From a virus (taxonomy: Duplodnaviria > Caudoviricetes): a DNA stretch of 64,000 bases. Below, piece by piece: positions 58,267 through 64,000 of the stretch (within the stretch, counting starts at the first letter, position 1; each line of letters begins with the position of its first letter). Location of the stretch: IMG/VR virus record IMGVR_UViG_3300021387_000688. One strand, written 5' to 3'. Position numbers and translations under genes: made by a program. Below the pieces are notes generated by a model. It worked only from the letters and a program-made list of their open reading frames with translations, was not told where the DNA came from and searched no databases.

Positions 58267-59628
58267 TTGAATCAGTCAATTCCAGAAAACATTAAAACCA
58301 GTTTTGAAACTGCTAACGAATTTCGAATGTTAGCCCCTCTTTCCGTAGCTCAGGGTATGGTTTTAATGGCAGATAATGACTACGAAAACGAAAGCAATCA
58401 AAGACAAAACGCCGCATATATGATGGATCTTATCGCTAATAACGTTCCTCAAATAGAGGAAACTAAAACTTCTAAGAGTGGTAAGAAAACAGTAGAATCT
58501 TATAATAAATATTCTCCAGTATTTACAGAAGCAATGATCAAAGAAATAGAAGCAAAGTATAAAGAGTTGTCTGTTTCTGATGCACATGAATATAGATTCA
58601 AACAAGCTTTGGAGTATATGAAAAACTTCAAGCCTACAATTTCATTAGGTGAAGCATTATATAGACTTTCTTTCTATTTGATTTGTAATGAAAATAACTT
58701 GGCAAAATCTACAAACAATCTTATCCTTTTCGTTCAAAGAATGTTTAGAGATAAAGCAAACAATATGTTAGTAGACTCTGCTATTTTACAAGGTGGACAA
58801 GGTAAATCTACTATACAGAAAGGTTTCTTGCAAGCCGCCAAAGAGATTGGGTTTAATTCTTCTGAATGTCATTTGCCATCTATTTCAGGTGGAGTTCAGG
58901 AAGCATTTGTAAGAAATGAAGTTTGCGTAGATGAGGAAACTCATTTTAGTGCAATTGATATTGACTCATTAAACCGCGTGCTTGATAAATCTGTAGTTAC
59001 CATTAAAGGTAAATATATAAAAGAATGGTCTGCTAAGTCTACAGCGAATGTTTTAGTAGGTACAAACTTTTTGCCAAACGATGTTAATGCAAGACGTTAT
59101 TCAGTTCGTATGGTAGATGAAAATTTCAGGTTGAATGAAAACTTTGGTAGATGGACTATCCCAGGTACTTTAGGGGATATGTATGGAGATAGTTATGATA
59201 GGGTTATTGAATGGACTAAAGAAGGTTGGCTAAATCTTTTCTATTATTGTAATAAATATGATATCAAACCTATTCCATTTACTGAAACTTCTTTCAACTA
59301 CAACCTCCAGTATAGATTAAAAAGAACATTAGATGAAAGCGGCCAATATGAATTAACTATTCAAGATGTTATTAAGTTGTTGGAATTAACTGAAGGTGAT
59401 AGGTTCGATTATAAGAGTAAGCAGCAGTTAAGAAATCAATTGTATATTTTAGCAAATCAGCTTGAACTTCCTATCATCGAAAGGCATCATAACACATATT
59501 CTAAATATGATTGGCATAAAGCTTTGGAGATCGATGAAACTTATTTCGATAAAGATACATTGGAAAAAGTATTCTGTTTCTTCCATCACGAAAGATTCAA
59601 CACCCCAGAATTCGAATCTGTAGTATAA
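58267..59628 (+). CDS. VirE/SF3-helicase-like P-loop NTPase
   Basis: LQGGQGKST, CVDEE, KGKY...ANVLVGTN, ARRY. Confidence 0.65.
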   Translation: MNQSIPENIKTSFETANEFRMLAPLSVAQGMVLMADNDYENESNQRQNAAYMMDLIANNVPQIEETKTSKSGKKTVESYNKYSPVFTEAMIKEIEAKYKELSVSDAHEYRFKQALEYMKNFKPTISLGEALYRLSFYLICNENNLAKSTNNLILFVQRMFRDKANNMLVDSAILQGGQGKSTIQKGFLQAAKEIGFNSSECHLPSISGGVQEAFVRNEVCVDEETHFSAIDIDSLNRVLDKSVVTIKGKYIKEWSAKSTANVLVGTNFLPNDVNARRYSVRMVDENFRLNENFGRWTIPGTLGDMYGDSYDRVIEWTKEGWLNLFYYCNKYDIKPIPFTETSFNYNLQYRLKRTLDESGQYELTIQDVIKLLELTEGDRFDYKSKQQLRNQLYILANQLELPIIERHHNTYSKYDWHKALEIDETYFDKDTLEKVFCFFHHERFNTPEFESVV

Positions 59629-59641
59629 CACTAAATTAAAT

Positions 59642-60490
59642 ATGCGTAAACATTTATTCGAATTTACCTTAATGGATATGGATATATCAGGAGTTACTAG
59701 AAAAGCCATCGAGAAAGATGGATTAGGTAAACTCCGTCTTATTAATGCCAATGTATATGGGGACGATCTAGAACTTTTGTTTGAAATGGAATCTAGTCAC
59801 GATGCTCCTAAACACGTAGATATGCAAGGTAAAGAAAAGCCAGGGTTGAAATATGGTTACGCTTGCGGTATCCGTTTCTTAAAAGCAACTAAAGTATTAA
59901 AGAAAGATGAAAAGTTTGATGAAGATAATTTAAAAAAGGTTTTCGATAAGTGCGATGTTCAAGTGCATTGTGACTGCCCTGCTTTCTACTGGCAAGGAAT
60001 GCATCAAGATGATTCTGCTAACAAGACTGCAAAATATAAATTCCAAGGTACCCCAGGTAATCATAAATGGACTTTAATTCATGCAGATAAAGGAGGAAAA
60101 ACAGGACAAGCTTTATGTAAGCATTTATTCAAATGCCAAGAATGGACTTATGAGCATATACCAGAAGTGTTGGAAAAACTTTCTCTTAAGGAAGAGTTAG
60201 TTGATCCAGAAATACAGCAAGGGATATTAGATAGACTTAGAGAAGTAGAAGATGATATTTGGTGCAAAGATGTAGATGTACCTACAATGGTTGGGTTAGC
60301 ATATGGAAACCTTTTAGGAACAGCCGCCTTTAATATTGTTCTTAATTGGATTGAAGAGAATGCAAATCCAATGGATGAATATCAGGATCAGGATGAGTAT
60401 GTAGATTATTTAAGATCTTTGATAGATCAAATATTGGCTACTTTACCTGAAAGTACTGCAGAAATAATTGCAAAATATTTGTCAAAGTAG
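59642..60490 (+). CDS. SWIM zinc-finger protein
   Basis: VHCDCPAFYW...LCKHL. Confidence 0.75.
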   Translation: MRKHLFEFTLMDMDISGVTRKAIEKDGLGKLRLINANVYGDDLELLFEMESSHDAPKHVDMQGKEKPGLKYGYACGIRFLKATKVLKKDEKFDEDNLKKVFDKCDVQVHCDCPAFYWQGMHQDDSANKTAKYKFQGTPGNHKWTLIHADKGGKTGQALCKHLFKCQEWTYEHIPEVLEKLSLKEELVDPEIQQGILDRLREVEDDIWCKDVDVPTMVGLAYGNLLGTAAFNIVLNWIEENANPMDEYQDQDEYVDYLRSLIDQILATLPESTAEIIAKYLSK

Positions 60491-60560
60491 TTAGAAAACT
60501 CTCCCAGTTGCACTAACTATATTCATTATATAAGATTTATTAGAAAGGAGATTAAATTCA

Positions 60561-60680
60561 ATGTTATCAACTTTAAGAAACATAGCAATTGTAAGTATCA
60601 TTGAATGCGACAGTCCAGTTGTCGTAGCTCCTATTGCATGCGCAGAAGAAATTGCGGATGATGAACCTGATAAAAGTTGA
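60561..60680 (+). CDS. leader peptide of tRNA array 2 (39 aa)
   Basis: MLSTLRNIAIVSIIECDSPVVVAPIACAEEIADDEPDKS; AAGGAG RBS; stop overlaps antiterminator arm. Confidence 0.8.
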   Translation: MLSTLRNIAIVSIIECDSPVVVAPIACAEEIADDEPDKS

Positions 60681-60734
60681 GCCTTATAGTTTTTGTAAAT
60701 TGTAAGGCTCTTCAGAAATGAAGAGCCTTTTTTT
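60679..60734 (+). promoter_or_regulatory. transcription attenuator (antiterminator/terminator) 2
   Basis: GAGCCTTATA pairs with TGTAAGGCTC, competing with terminator AAGGCTCTTCA-GAAA-TGAAGAGCCTT + T tract. Confidence 0.8.
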
Positions 60735-60865
60735 ATCCGATTTTTAATTTTCGGGTAGGAAATAAAAAAGAAAAAGTTTTTTTAACTTTTTCGAAAAAGA
60801 AGGAATTGAAAATTCCTATATTATTAACATAAGAAACAATTAATTAAAAGTTAAAAGTTTCTTAA

Positions 60866-60888
60866 GATCTTTGACAATTTAAGGAAGG
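60866..60888 (+). promoter_or_regulatory. boxA-like antitermination element
   Basis: GATCTTTGACAA-TTTAAGGAAGG just before the first tRNA. Confidence 0.55.
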
Positions 60889-60898
60889 TAAATTATTT

Positions 60899-60971
60899 GC
60901 TCCGTTAGCGCAGTTGGTAGCGCAGCACCCTTACAAGATGACGGTCGGTGGTTCGAGTCCATCACGGAGCA
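60899..60971 (+). tRNA. tRNA-Val(TAC), weak anticodon stem
   Basis: GCTCCGT/ACGGAGC acceptor, CTTACAA loop. Confidence 0.75.
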
Positions 60972-61038
60972 CTTCAATAGTTTGGAAGCAGGTTAGCTTG
61001 AGTCGAAAGATAGAAATAGCAATCGTCCAAACAATTAT

Positions 61039-61110
61039 GGGGCTATAGATCAGTGGTAGTATCGCGACCCTTTCAAGGTTGAGACGCAGGTTCAACTCCT
61101 GCTAGCCCTA
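61039..61110 (+). tRNA. tRNA-Glu(TTC)
   Basis: CGACC-CTTTCAA-GGTTG. Confidence 0.88.
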
Positions 61111-61169
61111 ATAAAAGGCATACGGATAATTCCTTTCCTAGTAATAGGTTCCTTATATCCATAATATTT

Positions 61170-61243
61170 GGTCCTTTGGAGGAGCGGTTTTCTCTCGCCA
61201 CGTTGTCAGCGTGGAGAAACGGGTTCGATTCCCGTAAGGACCG
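61170..61243 (+). tRNA. tRNA-Asp(GTC)
   Basis: CCACG-TTGTCAG-CGTGG. Confidence 0.88.
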
Positions 61244-61244
61244 T

Positions 61245-61316
61245 AGAGGTAAATTGTTGGATCCGTGAAGCCCACAAGGCTGGAGTAACGGCAAGGTTCA
61301 AGTCCTTGTTATCTCT
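61245..61316 (+). ncRNA. degenerate tRNA-like RNA
   Basis: AGAGGTAA/TTATCTCT stem plus CAAGG-TTCAAGT-CCTTG T arm; no recognisable D or anticodon arm. Confidence 0.4.
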
Positions 61317-61327
61317 TTTTATTTTAT

Positions 61328-61401
61328 GGGGGCGTAACTCAGTTGGCTAGAGTGTCAGCTTTGCAAGCTGAAAGTCGAGAGTTCAAATCTCTCCGCTTCC
61401 A
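61328..61401 (+). tRNA. tRNA-Ala(TGC)
   Basis: TCAGC-TTTGCAA-GCTGA, G3:U70. Confidence 0.92.
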
Positions 61402-61585
61402 CTCAGGTTAGTTTCTATGCGACAAGAGAACCTTCTAACCTAGCGAACAGCTAAAATAAAAAAGAATCCGATCTTGAGAGTCTAGTAACTTCGGGCCGGA
61501 AGCCCCATAAGTGAACCAACTCGAAATAATTGATTGATTGACAAGTGTACATAGTCTTTCAATTGATTATTATTTTTAATTACAT

Positions 61586-61662
61586 TGGGGCGTATACCCT
61601 CAGTCTGATAAACTGCAGAAAGGTTAATTGGTTACATGGTGGTTCAATTCCACTCGCCCCAA
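61586..61662 (+). tRNA. arm-rearranged tRNA-Ile(GAT)-like RNA
   Basis: same topology as 41150..41232; anticodon and T arms nearly identical to canonical Ile at 62055. Confidence 0.6.
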
Positions 61663-61664
61663 CT

Positions 61665-61738
61665 AGGCTCGCGACATTGCCGATGTAGTGACTGGTCTGC
61701 AAAACCAAGTGGCGGGGTCTGACTCCCCGGCGGGCTTC
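61665..61738 (+). tRNA. non-canonical tRNA-Cys(GCA)
   Basis: TGGT-CTGCAAA-ACCA; 8-bp acceptor, TCTGACT T-loop, 3-nt-loop first arm. Confidence 0.55.
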
Positions 61739-61749
61739 TTTTAATTTAT

Positions 61750-61821
61750 CGGAAAGTGGATCAAGGGTTGATCGCTTGTTTTGGGAACAAGTCCATGCAG
61801 GTTCGAGTCCTGTCTTTCCGA
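61750..61821 (+). tRNA. tRNA-Pro(TGG)
   Basis: CTTGT-TTTGGGA-ACAAG. Confidence 0.88.
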
Positions 61822-61882
61822 CTCAAAAGTAGTAGTAGTGGTTGCAAACATGAACCTATTGTAGGAAGTTCGAAATTCCTAT

Positions 61883-62045
61883 CGATTGTATAGTGTATGG
61901 AGCACAGGGGCCCCGAGTACTTGACAATAGGGCCTGACGATAGCTTACGACCTAGCGTGGCTAGACGACGGGGTGACAATAAGGCCTGACGATAAAGGAA
62001 ACAGGGCGCCAGGGTGAGTTAAGGTTCGATTCCTTCGTACAGTTG
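61883..62045 (+). ncRNA. tRNA-like RNA with ~100-nt insertion replacing the anticodon loop
   Basis: CGATTGTA/TACAGTTG acceptor, D arm, GGTTCGATTCC T arm; internal 21-nt direct repeat. Confidence 0.55.
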
Positions 62046-62054
62046 TATTTTTAT

Positions 62055-62128
62055 TGTCCAGTAGCGCAAACGGTTAGAGTGTCAGTCTGATAAACTGAAG
62101 GTTGGTGGTTCAATTCCACCCTGGACAA
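62055..62128 (+). tRNA. tRNA-Ile(GAT)
   Basis: TCAGT-CTGATAA-ACTGA. Confidence 0.9.
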
Positions 62129-62271
62129 CTGGGTGCAGCAACGTCTTGGATAGCACGTTACGAGAGCTAACCTAATTGTATAAAGGAGTTAGCTAGAGGA
62201 TATGGTAACATACCTCGTTCTAAGACTAGAGTGTTGGGCGGATAGGGCCGATGGAAGACACTCAATGTTAT

Positions 62272-62345
62272 GGGGCTATAGTGAAGATGGTTATCACGCA
62301 GCACTGTCACTGCTGAGATCGCGGGTTCGAATCTCGCTAGTCCCG
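62272..62345 (+). tRNA. tRNA-Asp(GTC), second copy
   Basis: CAGCA-CTGTCAC-TGCTG. Confidence 0.9.
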
Positions 62346-62446
62346 CTAAAAAAGTATTCGGTTAGATGAAATTGAGTTAAGCTTTCTCAAACTGATTAGA
62401 GTAAACGATAGGTAGGTACCTACTATATCACATCTAACTTGTTTAT

Positions 62447-62518
62447 GGGCCGGTAGCCTAATTGGTAAGGCGCCTGATTTGCACTCAGGTCTATCGGGTT
62501 CGAGTCCCGCCGTGTCCA
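62447..62518 (+). tRNA. tRNA-Ala(TGC), second copy
   Basis: CCTGA-TTTGCAC-TCAGG; irregular acceptor. Confidence 0.8.
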
Positions 62519-62601
62519 CTAAAAAATGGTTAATCTTTGTAAGTTTGACCGCCTTTCCCTACTATACTAGTTCTGAGGGTTTTGGATTGACTTACAAATA
62601 T

Positions 62602-62673
62602 GGGGCTATAGATCAGTGGTAGTATCGCCTCCCTTTCAAGGAGGAGACCCAGGTTCAACTCCTGGTAGCCCTA
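62602..62673 (+). tRNA. tRNA-Glu(TTC), second copy
   Basis: CCTCC-CTTTCAA-GGAGG. Confidence 0.9.
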
Positions 62674-62716
62674 ATCAAAGTTTTCCGGAGCCTTTCTAAT
62701 GGAAAAAGGTCCACCA

Positions 62717-62790
62717 CGGGCAGTAGACCAGCTGGTTAAGCCGCTGCGCCTGGGACGCAGAGATCGGGGGTTCGATTCCCTCCTGCCCGA
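62717..62790 (+). tRNA. tRNA-Pro(TGG) with C33
   Basis: CTGCG-CCTGGGA-CGCAG. Confidence 0.8.
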
Positions 62791-62909
62791 CTAACGTACC
62801 TGATAAGTTTTCTTACGTAAAGGTTGATTGTAACAAGAAATGTAGTTACATCGTAAAAGTGATGAAGGAAGGCCCGCTAACAGCTTAATAATTGATAGCG
62901 GATCCATAT

Positions 62910-62982
62910 GGGCTTGTAGCTCAATAGGTAGAGCGTTTGAATGGCATTCAAAAGGTAGTCGGTTCGAAGCCGATCAGGTCCA
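62910..62982 (+). tRNA. tRNA-Ala(GGC)
   Basis: TTTGA-ATGGCAT-TCAAA, G3:U70. Confidence 0.88.
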
Positions 62983-63204
62983 CGAAAGCTAAGCTGTAAA
63001 GTTCCCTGCAGACTTGGCAATATTGTTTGACGGTATCAAGTGTGAATACTTCGCACAAGTCAAAACCGAAAAGAGTAATTTGCTTTTCAACTTTGATAAA
63101 AACCGGCCTTTCGTAAGCGCCTACGAATAGAAAAGGGAACACCTTTTTTGAAAATATTTGGATATGTATGCTATATTACAAATCCAAATTATAATAGAAC
63201 GTTT

Positions 63205-63278
63205 CGATCCTTAACTCAATTGGCTAGAGTGCCTCTCCTACACGGAGGAAGTTCTAGGTTCAAGTCCTAGAGGATCGA
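63205..63278 (+). tRNA. tRNA-Val(TAC) with C33
   Basis: CCTCT-CCTACAC-GGAGG. Confidence 0.82.
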
Positions 63279-63280
63279 CT

Positions 63281-63356
63281 AGCGGGCGAGTGAAACGGAA
63301 TTATCATGCTAGCCTCATAAGCTAGAGATACTGGTGTTCGACTCCCAGGTCCGCCA
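63281..63356 (+). tRNA. tRNA with CAT anticodon (Met or Ile2)
   Basis: CTAGC-CTCATAA-GCTAG; 1:72 mismatch. Confidence 0.75.
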
Positions 63357-63363
63357 TATACAT

Positions 63364-63437
63364 TTCGGGGTTGTACAGTTGGCTAGTATGTCGGGCTCAT
63401 AACCCGAAGGTCAGTGGTTCGAGTCCACTCCCCGAGT
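63364..63437 (+). tRNA. tRNA-Met(CAT), initiator-type anticodon stem
   Basis: TCGGG-CTCATAA-CCCGA (three G:C pairs). Confidence 0.85.
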
Positions 63438-63484
63438 CTATATCCGTTACTTTATTACTAAGTAAAGTAATAGGAGAGAGTTTT

Positions 63485-63880
63485 ATGAAAAAGTTTTTAA
63501 CAATTGTTTTTGCATTTATTCTTACCGCAACTGTTTTTGCTGAAACTTATAAAGTAAAAGAAGTTTACGGTAAAGTAATGTTCGAAGACGGTACCAGGAT
63601 CTTTGAAGGACAAGAATTGGAAGGAGAAGCTTCTATTAAAGTGTTCCCTCAATCCCATATTATCCTTGTACAGGATGGCAAGATTAGAAAAATTAATGCT
63701 AGTCAAAATGGTACAGTAAATGAACTTTATGCAAAAGCATTTAAGTCTAACGGACTTAAGAAAATGAAAATTGCAGATGCAAGTCATATTGCACCTCCTT
63801 CTGAAGGTACAAGAAAAGGAGTAGCAACTGCAGCTTCAAGGGCTTCTGAAGCAAAAGAAGACTTTGAATGGGATGAATAA
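63485..63880 (+). CDS. exported protein with signal peptide inside tRNA array 2
   Basis: true start MKKFLTIVFAFILTATVFA after GGAGAG; beta-rich FecR-N-like segment. Confidence 0.7.
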   Translation: MKKFLTIVFAFILTATVFAETYKVKEVYGKVMFEDGTRIFEGQELEGEASIKVFPQSHIILVQDGKIRKINASQNGTVNELYAKAFKSNGLKKMKIADASHIAPPSEGTRKGVATAASRASEAKEDFEWDE

Positions 63881-63889
63881 GTAAAAAGT

Positions 63890-63946
63890 AAACGCACAAA
63901 GTGTTCCTATTTTATACATGATTTGGTTTGTATACACTTCGCGTTT
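63890..63946 (+). ncRNA. third copy of the GTGTTCCTAT frame, lacking a tRNA-like insert
   Basis: AAACGCACAAAGTGTTCCTAT...TACACTTCGCGTTT. Confidence 0.7.
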
Positions 63947-63954
63947 TTTTGTTT

Positions 63955-64000
63955 GGAGGAGTGGCCCAGTGGTTACGGCGGGTGCCTGCTAAGCATCTGG
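63955..64000 (+). tRNA. tRNA-Ser(GCT), truncated by window end
   Basis: GGAGGAG-TGGCCCAGTGG..., GGTGC-CTGCTAA-GCATC. Confidence 0.85.

Noticed and set aside
61934-62002. Hammerhead ribozyme (CTGACGA...GAAAC)
   Set aside because: Core words are present but I cannot build stems I-III around them.
61883-62045. tmRNA or group I intron-containing tRNA
   Set aside because: Too short, no Ala identity pair, no tag ORF, no recognisable intron core.
61073-63484. ORF-track ORFs in array 2 and the 63371 start
   Set aside because: They overlap tRNA genes; the real CDS starts at 63485.
1-64000. Stop-codon reassignment / suppressor tRNAs
   Set aside because: Genes are intact and densely packed in code 11, some end in TAG or TGA, and no CTA/TCA/TTA anticodon tRNA was seen.

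Overview
AT-rich (roughly one-third GC) segment of a large T4-like/jumbo-type dsDNA phage genome read in the standard genetic code. The host is unknown; a few exported proteins look spirochaete-like. Genes run mostly on the minus strand up to about 28 kb and mostly on the plus strand afterwards, with an iteron-like repeat cluster near the switch (30.85-31.11 kb, candidate origin). Recognisable genes: thymidine kinase, SLT lytic transglycosylase, PnuC-family transporter plus two nucleoside deoxyribosyltransferase-like genes, AAA ATPase, prohead protease-scaffold fusion, anaerobic RNR (nrdD), two VirE/SF3-like P-loop paralogs, dCTP deaminase/dUTPase, a 7-deazaguanine module (DpdA-like, queD, queE) interrupted by a GIY-YIG endonuclease, ClpP-like protease, RecA/UvsX, beta-CASP nuclease and a gp20-like portal. 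Two large tRNA/ncRNA arrays lie at about 37.8-41.4 kb and 60.9-64 kb. Best candidate for a new system: each array is preceded by an unannotated short leader ORF whose stop codon overlaps a classic antiterminator/terminator switch, and whose codons match the tRNA set of that array (UUR/AGR/CAA/UAU/AUA/UGG for array 1; Val/Ala/Asp/Glu/Ile/Cys/Pro/Ser-AGU for array 2). This suggests ribosome-stalling attenuators that turn on phage tRNA supply when those tRNAs are depleted. The arrays also hold circularly permuted (YrlA-like) tRNA mimics in a conserved frame, arm-rearranged tRNA-Ile-like RNAs, a GOLLD-like giant RNA with an embedded tRNA, and other unassigned structured RNAs. All calls are by eye, with no database searches.
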